Source: a virus
Taxonomy: Duplodnaviria; Caudoviricetes
Length of the DNA stretch: 33,639 bases
Reading direction: 5' to 3' (one strand)
IMG/VR virus record: IMGVR_UViG_3300037423_000644
Coordinates: 1 to 33,639 of that record
A program made the position numbers and the translations under genes. The notes beneath the pieces were generated by a model, which made no database searches, was not told the origin of the DNA, and saw nothing but the letters and a program-made list of their open reading frames with translations. Positions 16,548 through 25,042 of this stretch are shown here, one piece after another; position 1 is the stretch's first letter; the number at the start of each line of letters is the position of its first letter.

Positions 16548-17997
16548 TTCTGATCTCCGCCGAACCGCTCATGACCGTGAACTTCACCGGATCGGTCATC
16601 GTCCACTGGAAGACGAAGTCACGTCCCGAGCCGAGCCGCCTCCAGATCGCTCGCGTGCGATACAAACCAACCGCACCGGCAGAGGTCCACTTCTCCGGAC
16701 CGAAGGTGCGGCCACCGTCGCGCGAGACTTTCAGCACGATCTGCGGGTCGGAGCCTTGGCCTGTTTGAAGGCCGACACCCGTTTCCATATCCAGCCACAA
16801 CTCCGCGACGCCGAATTCCTCGCCGCCCATCGACACATGGCGCGTTGCCACCTGCCGCTTGATCGCAGTTCCGTTGTCTGTGTAGGCCGTGGAGCTGAGT
16901 TGGTAGATGTTCCCGGTTGACGAGTCGGCGATGTAGTTTTGTGCGTTGAATGAAATACCGAGGTTTCCGTAATGCCTATCTTGCGGCGCAACTCCGGTTT
17001 GCACTTCGCACCATATGCCCGTGAGCGAGTCGTACAGGAACGAGCGAGCCGCCGTCGGAAAATTGATCTGGTACATCGGATGGCCGTCCACGATGTAGGT
17101 CAACGACGTGGCATCCGAGATCGTGGAGAACCCAGCGAGAATGTTCTCTATATCCGAGTTGCTCACGCGCGTGGGCGTGTAGCCGTTGAGCATCATCACC
17201 TGGACACCGCCTTGCGGGTTCTTGCCCAGAAAGATCATCGAGTTGTTAAGGAACTGCCTGCTGTATAGAGATGCCAGCCCCCACGTCTGCGAAGCGCCGC
17301 TGATTCTGGCAAATGGAAGCGGAGAAGTTCCCACGTCCTGCCAGAACTCGATGGACTGATCGCCCCAAAGAACGATGGCGCCATTGAGGACATCCACCGC
17401 GAGCAAAACGTCCGAAGAATTTTCCTTCGTCCCGAAAATCGGAAGGCTCGAAGCCGTCCACAAGGTGCAGTCGTAAGAGGCCGAGCAATAGAACTGCCGC
17501 GTCGCGGGCTTGTTCACGATCATGCGTCCATCGAGGAACGCGACCGTCGTCGCTCCTGCCGGCAAGTTGGCGTCGGCCGTTATCTTCCCGAACGAGCCCG
17601 CGGCATTCAGTGCGGACTGGTTGTACGAGCCCGTCACCAGCGTATAGCAGTACGCGTCATGGCCGTCGACAATCATCAACTGCACGCCGTTGTCCATCAT
17701 GGACACGTAGGTGCTGTAGTTCGTCAAGGCTCCGAGATAACTGACGACCCCCGCCGTGCTCACCGAGTACAAGCTCACTCCGGTCACGACATACAGCACG
17801 CTTTGCACGACGTGCCAGCCGCGGATGGGGCCTAGAGGAAGCGTGACCCATGCCACCGAGCCGGGCGTTCCGCGAAGGATGGAGGTGTACTTGTCCCCAT
17901 CCTTTCGGATGTCGTAAAAGCAATTCAGGCGGCGCTGGCGAGACACGGCCGCGCTGTAGGCATTGATGCCCTCACCGAACAGGGGAATCGGCTTCAA
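16537..17997 (-). CDS. P22 gp10-like packaged-DNA stabilization / tail hub protein
   Basis: LDMETGVG...SRDGGRTFG...GLYRTRAIWRRLG...DPVK C-terminus; GDQSIEFW and DGHPMY motifs. Confidence 0.88.
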   Translation of the reverse strand: MKPIPLFGEGINAYSAAVSRQRRLNCFYDIRKDGDKYTSILRGTPGSVAWVTLPLGPIRGWHVVQSVLYVVTGVSLYSVSTAGVVSYLGALTNYSTYVSMMDNGVQLMIVDGHDAYCYTLVTGSYNQSALNAAGSFGKITADANLPAGATTVAFLDGRMIVNKPATRQFYCSASYDCTLWTASSLPIFGTKENSSDVLLAVDVLNGAIVLWGDQSIEFWQDVGTSPLPFARISGASQTWGLASLYSRQFLNNSMIFLGKNPQGGVQVMMLNGYTPTRVSNSDIENILAGFSTISDATSLTYIVDGHPMYQINFPTAARSFLYDSLTGIWCEVQTGVAPQDRHYGNLGISFNAQNYIADSSTGNIYQLSSTAYTDNGTAIKRQVATRHVSMGGEEFGVAELWLDMETGVGLQTGQGSDPQIVLKVSRDGGRTFGPEKWTSAGAVGLYRTRAIWRRLGSGRDFVFQWTMTDPVKFTVMSGSAEIRSAA

Positions 17998-18950
17998 TCC
18001 TCACCCGGCACAAAGTACAGGCTGGAGACTTCGGCGTCTTTCTTCTGCGCCACCGCCAGAGATCGCTTGAAGTTCTCCTCCATCTTGGGAGTCCACGCCG
18101 CGTGGAACATCGGGGATATTTCCGAAGACAGACCCCACGCAAGGGCCAGATACCACTCCTGCGGATACTCGAAGTTGTCCGTCGGCGAATTCAAGTCCTG
18201 AATCGGCTCCATGTACCTCAGAACGAGATACTTGGTCACGTCCTGCGCTGCACCGCAGTCGGTGTACAGGTTGGAGTTGGTGAGCTGGTTCTCGTAATAG
18301 ATCGCGGTGGGGTCCGAGAGGTTGGTCGGGTCGGCCTTATTCGGAAGGATGTCGTAGTCCTTCACGTCGCGGATCAGGCGAATGGGCGTGTCGCTGTTGT
18401 TCTGGTCGCGCAGGGTCGCCGTCTCGATATACAGGGGCTGCTGGGCGGCGGTGGCGTATGCGAAGATCTGCGAGCCCTTGGACGCTTGCGCGTTCAGCGT
18501 TGCCGCGAGGTTGACGGTGCTGCCAACCACAGACGAGGCCGTGGTCCACTGCAGCGCCCCCGAATCGAGCTCGATACCGATGTTGTAGCCATTCGCAATG
18601 CCCGTAGCGCTTGAAACCACAACGGCACTTGCGCCGCTCGCAGCCGTGGCTGTGGTGGTGGTCGACGCAAAGCTGTTGGTCCATCCCGTTGCCCCCGGGC
18701 CGACGGTGTACTTCCCGGTCGAGCCAGATAGGAACAGGTATCCGAGCTTGCGCGTCCACACCTTCAGGCCCGGTGCGAAATCGGCTTTGCCCTGCCACTG
18801 CTTGACCAGCATGTTCAGAACGAACGAGCAGTCCGAGATTTCAGAGGCTGTGGGTGCTTCGGTTTCATCCAGCTTGCCGATGTTGAGCATCGCCTGCCGG
18901 ATGATCTGGTCGCGAGTGACGGTAAACGAATACGTGCCGGAGGTGCTCAC
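17994..18950 (-). CDS. head-tail adaptor (gp4-like) with internal S/T/A-rich domain
   Basis: TRDQIIRQAM...LNMLVKQW N-terminus and YPQEWYLALAWGLS C-terminus; upstream of gp10-like. Confidence 0.8.
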   Translation of the reverse strand: MSTSGTYSFTVTRDQIIRQAMLNIGKLDETEAPTASEISDCSFVLNMLVKQWQGKADFAPGLKVWTRKLGYLFLSGSTGKYTVGPGATGWTNSFASTTTTATAASGASAVVVSSATGIANGYNIGIELDSGALQWTTASSVVGSTVNLAATLNAQASKGSQIFAYATAAQQPLYIETATLRDQNNSDTPIRLIRDVKDYDILPNKADPTNLSDPTAIYYENQLTNSNLYTDCGAAQDVTKYLVLRYMEPIQDLNSPTDNFEYPQEWYLALAWGLSSEISPMFHAAWTPKMEENFKRSLAVAQKKDAEVSSLYFVPGED

Positions 18951-20491
18951 TTCATGGCGTTCAGGACAGCCTCCCAGACGGCTTCAACAGAAATATCGGC
19001 TTGGCACTGCGCCGTGCCCGTGGTTTCGTCGCGCTTGCAATGGTCCCAGCCGTAGTGCAGTTGGTGGCACGCAGGAGCCTCGTTGTTCCCGCGGCCCGGG
19101 CAAACGGTATTGGCCGATGCGATCGGGATGACTCGCTTCCAGTCGCGCGTGAGGTTCTCGTGCGTGGAGTGCGACAGCAGCGCGATCTTCGGCACATCCA
19201 TGCAGGCTGCCGCATTCAGGACGCCCGTCTCTCCACCGATGACAAGGTCGCACTCCGCGAGGAACGACAGCGTCTGCCGAATGCCCCACTTGCCGCAGGT
19301 CTTGTGGATGCGCGGCTCGTTTTCCCAACCGGCCTCGAGCATCTCGCACTCAGGGCCGCCCACCAGAACGACGTGCGCGTCCTTGTGGTACAGCATGATC
19401 TTCGCAAGGATGTGGTCCAACCCCGCCCACGTCTTATGCACCGATGAGCCCGCCAGTGCCCACATGACGACCTTCTCGCCCATCTTCGCGCGGGTCTTCT
19501 TGGCCCACTGCTTTTCTTCTTCGGTGGCGTAGAACTGGACTTGCGGCTCGTGGGGAACGCCCGCGAGTTCGTGCGAGAACTGCACGTAATTGGCGTTCAG
19601 ATACTTGTGCCGAAGGGATGCGGGCCATGCGTGCGTCGTGCGCCCCGGCATGGCGAGGAACGATCCCTCGACCGATTCGGACAGGTTCACGAACTTGTCG
19701 AACTTCTTGGCCTGGTACTTCCAGAAGTCCATGAGGTTGCCGTTTGGGACCTGATCCTTGTCGAACAGGACCAGCTTGTCGATGTGCGGGTCGTGCAAGA
19801 TCACGTCCGACCCCGGAGGAGAGGCAAACACCGTGACGTGATAGCCCTGATTCTTCAGGCCCGCCCACACGGACGAAGCCATCATCAGGTCGCCGAACGC
19901 GCCGTAGCGAACGACACACGCCGTCTTCTTCGGCGGCTCGTTCAGGTGGCTATAGGCGTTGGTGCGAGAGTTGGTCTTCTTGAAAATGAACAGCAGCGAG
20001 TATTCGTCGTCGGCGTTTCGCTTCTGGTAGTCGATCAAGTCCCAGCCACGAAGATCCTCCATTGCGGCCAGCACCTTGCCGTAGTTCACGTTCCACTTGT
20101 GGTCGGGATTGGCGTGCGGCTCGCCCACCTTGGGATATTCATCCTCGTCCGGCAGATACAAGATCATGTAGCCGCCCTGCTTGACCAGGCGCCACCATTC
20201 CTTCAATGCGGCCGGATAGTTCTCGATGTGCTCCAGCAGGTGAGAGGAGAACACGAAATCCATGGACTGTGAGCCGAAGATTTCCAGCCGCTCGGCCGTG
20301 TCCACCATGACGTCGGGCTTGACGGAAAAGCCGAACTGCTCATGGTGCATGTTGTCCACGGAAATCGCATGGGGGAGCACCTTGAACTCTCCGGCGCCGA
20401 TATCCAGTCCTCGGCCCTTCAGGTAGGGCGCAACTTCCCACACGATCTTTTTTGATTCGGGCGTGTAAGGCAGGTCCGCGCGCCACGTCAT
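18947..20491 (-). CDS. class I SAM methyltransferase - GT9 (heptosyltransferase-like) fusion
   Basis: N-part LDIGAG, DFVFSSHLLEH, EWWRLVKQGGY; C-part VRYGAFGDL, SSVHKTW, DLVIGGETGVLNAA and a C-terminal 4-Cys cluster. Confidence 0.9.
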   Translation of the reverse strand: MTWRADLPYTPESKKIVWEVAPYLKGRGLDIGAGEFKVLPHAISVDNMHHEQFGFSVKPDVMVDTAERLEIFGSQSMDFVFSSHLLEHIENYPAALKEWWRLVKQGGYMILYLPDEDEYPKVGEPHANPDHKWNVNYGKVLAAMEDLRGWDLIDYQKRNADDEYSLLFIFKKTNSRTNAYSHLNEPPKKTACVVRYGAFGDLMMASSVWAGLKNQGYHVTVFASPPGSDVILHDPHIDKLVLFDKDQVPNGNLMDFWKYQAKKFDKFVNLSESVEGSFLAMPGRTTHAWPASLRHKYLNANYVQFSHELAGVPHEPQVQFYATEEEKQWAKKTRAKMGEKVVMWALAGSSVHKTWAGLDHILAKIMLYHKDAHVVLVGGPECEMLEAGWENEPRIHKTCGKWGIRQTLSFLAECDLVIGGETGVLNAAACMDVPKIALLSHSTHENLTRDWKRVIPIASANTVCPGRGNNEAPACHQLHYGWDHCKRDETTGTAQCQADISVEAVWEAVLNAMK

Positions 20492-20865
20492 TGCACGTCT
20501 CCGGCGAATTCGGGAAGCAGCTTCCACAGCTTGGCCTCACCGCGCATGATCTCCTGGCCCCTCAATCGTGCGAACGCGGTTCTAACGTGTTCCCACACCT
20601 GGTTGTTGTTCTGCGCCTCACGGTAGACGATGGGCTTTTCCATCGGGCCGCCGGAAAGCAGTGTCTTCAGGAACTCGACGGCGCTGCGGATCTTCAGCTC
20701 CTGCTCCGTGTCAGGCTTGCTCTTGGACTTTCGAGATGCCCGATTGATGACGGCCTCGGTCTCGCGGGCGTTTCCGTCGCTGTCGAACAGAATGCCGTTT
20801 TGCTCATGGCGAGCCCACTCGTGGCCGACGATGGTTCCAAAGGGTTGGGAGCGATTTAGTTTCAT
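20488..20865 (-). CDS. phage hypothetical protein
   Basis: MKLNRSQPFGTIVG...EQNGILFDSDG; ATGA overlaps at both ends. Confidence 0.75.
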   Translation of the reverse strand: MKLNRSQPFGTIVGHEWARHEQNGILFDSDGNARETEAVINRASRKSKSKPDTEQELKIRSAVEFLKTLLSGGPMEKPIVYREAQNNNQVWEHVRTAFARLRGQEIMRGEAKLWKLLPEFAGDVQ

Positions 20866-21308
20866 GGTGCTGGTGTGTAGTTGCAGCGCAGCGTGTTGTC
20901 GTGCGCGAGTTGTCGATGCACGTCGCAAAGTCGCATGAATTCGCGCTCCTCTTGTCCCGACGCCCACAAGCCCACGGCGAGCATCACACCGAACACTGGA
21001 GACGCAGACCCCGCTCCGGCAAGCGCCATGAGGTTGTTCGCCGCAGCTCCTGCGTAAAGTGAGGACTGCGCGTGCAGCGCCTGCGTTCTGGCAGGCTCGG
21101 GCTGCGTGTCTGCGATGGCCGTTGCAATGCCCTTCAGGGCGCACGATGCAACCGGCCCCAGCGGGTTGACTTCGGACAGGCCGAACGCCAGCGCCGCGCC
21201 AGTGGTGACGCAATCGGCCGCATCGGCAGCAAGAGCCCCATCCTTCGCGTCGGCAAAGGAGCTGCCGGCCGCAAGCAGCGCGAGGCAGACGATGAGGCGG
21301 CGAAGCAT
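20862..21308 (-). CDS. membrane/secreted hypothetical protein
   Basis: Signal peptide MLRRLIVCLALLAAGSSFA; AD.VTT...G.SEVNP motif; hydrophobic helices. Confidence 0.7.
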   Translation of the reverse strand: MLRRLIVCLALLAAGSSFADAKDGALAADAADCVTTGAALAFGLSEVNPLGPVASCALKGIATAIADTQPEPARTQALHAQSSLYAGAAANNLMALAGAGSASPVFGVMLAVGLWASGQEEREFMRLCDVHRQLAHDNTLRCNYTPAP

Positions 21309-21979
21309 CAGGACAGCCCCAGCAGGTTCTTGATCCACGCGATCACGCCCGTGGAGCTGGTGTCGGTCGGAGCGGCCAGTTCGCCAACAATCTCCCCGCG
21401 TTGCAGACGGCCCGCAAGGATGAACAAATCGTCGGCCTCCTCCGAGCTGATCGCGGCCATCTGGCAAAGATTCAGCACCGATGGGTCATTGCGGTCGAAC
21501 GTTGGTGAGCTCTCGAAGTCCGCTTGTGCCAGCGCGCGCTGCGTCGCATCTGGGATGGCTGCAATCGCCGCAAGCACCTTGGACAGCAGCCCCGACAGGA
21601 TCAGCGCCTTCATGCCGAAGCGGCGCTCCACCGATTGGGGAACGCCGTTGATTTCGGCGATCACTTGTCCCTGCTGCGCAAGCTGGGTCTGCAAGGTATT
21701 GAGTTGCGACACGGCTGCGTCTCGCGCCGCGATCGCTGCGTCCCTGTCTGCTTGTGCTTGGGTGACTGCGGACAGTGCGCTTGTGTTCAAGGTCGAACTG
21801 ATGCTCGCCAGAAGTGTTGCATCTGTCAGTGCGACAGGCCGCGGCGCTTCCATCCAGCGACGCACCGAGCCGTCATCTGCGGTGAACGTGGTGAGATTGG
21901 CAAGGTGCGCGCCCTGCAGATTTCCGGACTCGTCCCAGCGCACGAGGAATTCGTTGATGGTGGAGGTGGTAGTTGCCAT
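21308..21979 (-). CDS. fibre partner protein (paralog of 6750-7103) with coiled coil
   Basis: Shares AIPDATQRAL...FDRN.PS...D.LFI.A with 6750-7103; AAGGA RBS. Confidence 0.75.
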   Translation of the reverse strand: MATTTSTINEFLVRWDESGNLQGAHLANLTTFTADDGSVRRWMEAPRPVALTDATLLASISSTLNTSALSAVTQAQADRDAAIAARDAAVSQLNTLQTQLAQQGQVIAEINGVPQSVERRFGMKALILSGLLSKVLAAIAAIPDATQRALAQADFESSPTFDRNDPSVLNLCQMAAISSEEADDLFILAGRLQRGEIVGELAAPTDTSSTGVIAWIKNLLGLS

Positions 21980-21988
21980 GTCTCGTCC

Positions 21989-23134
21989 TTAGCCGAACTG
22001 CGTGACCGTGTAGCTGGTGGCGTTGCTTGTCACATCGCCATGAACGGTGCCACCTCCGGCAGGTGCGGCCCCCAAGGTCGGGGCGCTCAAGTCTGTGACG
22101 CGGTACGTCATGCCATCACCAGCGGTGGATGCGGCAGGAAGAGTCGATACCGTGAACGTAGTGGCTCGGCGCACGCCGCGCAGCAACAAGTCGCCCGCAG
22201 TGTTGCTGGCAGTGCCGTTACCCACTGCAATGGTCGCCGCGGCAGTGCGCGACATGCCCGTGTCTAGCGTCTGGTCGGCTCTCGCGGTGGAGGCCCACGC
22301 AAAAACGCAGTCGGACCTGACTCTGAGATTGGGATTGGCGAAGTAGTAGTTGGTCGCCGTGGTGCCGGACGAACTGCAAAACGAGAATTCACTGTTGAAC
22401 GGCCCAAGAATCATTAAGCTCTGTCCGTCCCCAATCTGCTTGTGGGACGGAATGCTGATGTTCCCCGAGGTGTCGAACGACACGGAGCCGCCGTATGCAC
22501 CCCCGTTGACCGACGACGAGAACACGAGAGAGCCTGTCGGAGCGGTCGTGCCTTGCACGGGCTGCACTTCGGCGATGAAATCAACCGACTGCGATGCAGC
22601 CGTAGCCGTCGTCTTCCAGCCGAAACCGCGCCAGCGAATGCGCGGGCTGAATTGCTGGTTGCTCGCGCTCGCCGCACTGGAGGACGCCAGCACGGCGCCG
22701 TCAGTGGACGTATTCGCCGTCGTCGCGTAGCTGAATGTCTGGAAGCCGCCCGTCGTGTCGAATGTCCAGTTCGGAACCGCAGCAAATGCCCCGCTGATGT
22801 TGCCTTGGAGTTGGCCGCTCGAGCCGCCGGGCGTGCCGCCACCTGTGGAACTGAGAACCCCAGAACTTAGCGTGAGGTTCGATCCAATCGATATCGCCTC
22901 GATGCTTCCAGTTCCAGCGGTGCTTCTTCCGAGCAACTTCGCTGTTGCCATCGTGAAGCCAGAAGCCGTGATGTCCCCAGAAACCGAGCCGCCGCCCGTC
23001 GAAGGAGGCCACGTCGTCGGCAGCACCGGCACGACGATGAAGTTCTGGTCGTAGTACGCGCCTCCCTGAGCGTAGTAAATGTTCCCTACGTCATTCGTGT
23101 ACCACTGATACGGCTGTGACGGGTCGAACGCCAT
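21989..23134 (-). CDS. second fibre-like virion protein (head fibre candidate)
   Basis: G/S/T/A-rich; LLGRSTAGTG, IGSNLTLSSGVL and TPGGSSGQLQ fibre-type motifs; located in the head module. Confidence 0.75.
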   Translation of the reverse strand: MAFDPSQPYQWYTNDVGNIYYAQGGAYYDQNFIVVPVLPTTWPPSTGGGSVSGDITASGFTMATAKLLGRSTAGTGSIEAISIGSNLTLSSGVLSSTGGGTPGGSSGQLQGNISGAFAAVPNWTFDTTGGFQTFSYATTANTSTDGAVLASSSAASASNQQFSPRIRWRGFGWKTTATAASQSVDFIAEVQPVQGTTAPTGSLVFSSSVNGGAYGGSVSFDTSGNISIPSHKQIGDGQSLMILGPFNSEFSFCSSSGTTATNYYFANPNLRVRSDCVFAWASTARADQTLDTGMSRTAAATIAVGNGTASNTAGDLLLRGVRRATTFTVSTLPAASTAGDGMTYRVTDLSAPTLGAAPAGGGTVHGDVTSNATSYTVTQFG

Positions 23135-23692
23135 CTACTCGAGATCCTTAAGCTCGTGCGGCGCATAGAGGCGAAGAAGCTCCTTGGCCCACTCGACCTT
23201 ATCTGAGACGCGCTGTCCCCACGGCTGACTCGAAGACCAGAGCTCTAGGTTTTCTATCCGGTTGTCAGTCTTCACGCCGTTCTTGTGATGGACGTTTTCT
23301 CCCGGCAACAACGACCTGCCGAGATGAACCTCCATAACGTGGCGATGCTCGGCAACCTGTTTGCCAGACACGGAGATCAGCCGATAGCCATGAATATTGC
23401 AAATCGTCCCATAACCATTCGGAAGCCTCTTCCTGAACGTCACGTCGCCGTTTCGTTTCGCGATCGAATAGTGGTTGGCGCAATATCCCCGTGCATGCTG
23501 AATAGCGCCGCATCCTTCAACCTTGCAAGTCCCTCTTTGATGCCGAGGCTCAATGCCCTTTTCTCTACGCTTCTGTTCCTGCAGGTGCTTGCTGCACTTG
23601 GATCGACCTTTGATGGGACGACCGCATCCATCTACAGAGCAAACGGTGCTTCTGTATTGACGGACGACCTTGAACGACTCGAGTTTCACCAT
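23135..23692 (-). CDS. HNH homing endonuclease with two Cys/His zinc-finger-like repeats
   Basis: [34 protein letters not shown]; N-terminal CSVDGC...CSKH and CKVEGC...CANH. Confidence 0.92.
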   Translation of the reverse strand: MVKLESFKVVRQYRSTVCSVDGCGRPIKGRSKCSKHLQEQKRREKGIEPRHQRGTCKVEGCGAIQHARGYCANHYSIAKRNGDVTFRKRLPNGYGTICNIHGYRLISVSGKQVAEHRHVMEVHLGRSLLPGENVHHKNGVKTDNRIENLELWSSSQPWGQRVSDKVEWAKELLRLYAPHELKDLE

Positions 23693-23705
23693 CTATCGCC
23701 AAAAA

Positions 23706-24122
23706 TCACAATCGATCAAGCATGTTGTTCCGCTCTACAAACCCGGTCTTGCCATCTTCATCGACGGCATCGCCGTAAAAGTGGTCGATGTGCTCTCCCG
23801 TGTAGACGTCATCGGCACCGAGCATCGCGCGGCGCGTGTAGCCGCAGTCGAACGCCTCGGCGTTGGTGTCATGGCTCACATCGGTTTGACCAGCCACGGA
23901 CATCGGCATCTGGTGGATGCGCGAGCGAAGCTGGTTGTCCAGCTCCATGCCCGGGGGAAGCTGATTGAACTTCGGTCCAATCGGACCCATCGCTTCTCGA
24001 TTGGTCTCGTGCAGGAATCCTGCATCGCCCGTGTTTCGCGCCGCTCGTGCGCTGGTCCACTCGTGACCGTTTTCCTTCGCTGCCGGAGCGAGGATCTGGA
24101 ACTTTTCCTGCAGGCCCTTCAT
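23706..24122 (-). CDS. hydrophilic hypothetical protein (paralog B)
   Basis: GAGGAG RBS; KFNQLPPGMELDNQ motif shared with the upstream gene. Confidence 0.8.
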   Translation of the reverse strand: MKGLQEKFQILAPAAKENGHEWTSARAARNTGDAGFLHETNREAMGPIGPKFNQLPPGMELDNQLRSRIHQMPMSVAGQTDVSHDTNAEAFDCGYTRRAMLGADDVYTGEHIDHFYGDAVDEDGKTGFVERNNMLDRL

Positions 24123-24133
24123 GTGGGCTCCTC

Positions 24134-24164
24134 AGAACAAGGTACAGGGCTCGCGCCCTGTACC
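24134..24164 (-). terminator. probable weak intrinsic terminator
   Basis: GGTACAGGGC-GCGA-GCCCTGTACC (10-bp perfect stem, GNRA loop) followed by TTGTTCT. Confidence 0.7.
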
Positions 24165-24179
24165 CCCTACTTCACACCA

Positions 24180-24599
24180 TCATTCCTTGATGTCGCGCGG
24201 CTTGGGCATCCAGCCGTCGCCCGGATACGAGGTGTCGGTCACCGTTCGCATCGGCATGTCATGCACTTCCAGCATTGCCTGGTTGTTGATGTCCATGCCC
24301 GGCGGCAGGAAGTTGAACTTCGCGTCCTCGCCGTAGGGCGTGTCCGCCTTGTCCAGATAGCCGTCCGTGATGAATCCGGACTTCTCGCCGATGTCGTCGT
24401 GCAGTCCGTCAAGACCGTTGATCTTGGCGCTCACATGGTTCATCGGCTTTGCCAGCGTCTGGTCCGTGCCTTTCAACTGGCCGTGGTAGGAGCCGCCGCG
24501 GTTGCCGTAGCTCACGTCCTTCGGGGGCTGGCCCGCACGCACCGTGTCGGACTTGACCTGCGAATACTGCTTCTTGGTCGTGGTGTTGTTCATTGCCAT
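24180..24599 (-). CDS. hydrophilic hypothetical protein (paralog A)
   Basis: AAGGAG RBS; KFNFLPPGMDINNQ motif. Confidence 0.8.
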   Translation of the reverse strand: MAMNNTTTKKQYSQVKSDTVRAGQPPKDVSYGNRGGSYHGQLKGTDQTLAKPMNHVSAKINGLDGLHDDIGEKSGFITDGYLDKADTPYGEDAKFNFLPPGMDINNQAMLEVHDMPMRTVTDTSYPGDGWMPKPRDIKE

Positions 24600-24611
24600 G
24601 TCATTTCTCCT

Positions 24612-25019
24612 TTAGGCAGTGACGTTCGCGTTCGGCGAGACGCCCAGCTCGAACGTGATGGCGGCCTTGCCGGTGGCGTCCGACAGCGACAGGGCAGCGA
24701 TCACATCGCCTTGCAGCAATGCGGCTCCGCCCGCAGCGGTCGAAAGCGTGACGTTGGCCGTGGTCCCAGCCGCGCCCGTGCCGAGCGTGGAGGTGGCAAG
24801 CGTGGAGGTGGCCGTGCCGCTGATCTTGATGATCGAAAAGCCGTGGCCGGCAGCCGTGCCCGCGGTCGTGACCGTGAGCTGGGCGGAATACGCCTGCAGC
24901 GCAGTGAACGCGGCGAACTTGCCGTATTGCGTGGTTGCACCGCCGCCCGCTTCGACAGGGCCGGAGCCCCAGCGCGCGAGATAGACGGGGTTGTCGTAGG
25001 CAGCTTGTTTGGTGGTCAT
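24612..25019 (-). CDS. probable capsid decoration protein
   Basis: 135 aa, Thr/Ala/Gly beta-rich; directly after the capsid gene; strong RBS. Confidence 0.65.
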   Translation of the reverse strand: MTTKQAAYDNPVYLARWGSGPVEAGGGATTQYGKFAAFTALQAYSAQLTVTTAGTAAGHGFSIIKISGTATSTLATSTLGTGAAGTTANVTLSTAAGGAALLQGDVIAALSLSDATGKAAITFELGVSPNANVTA

Positions 25020-25042
25020 GGTTGTTTCCTTTCAGAACCGGC

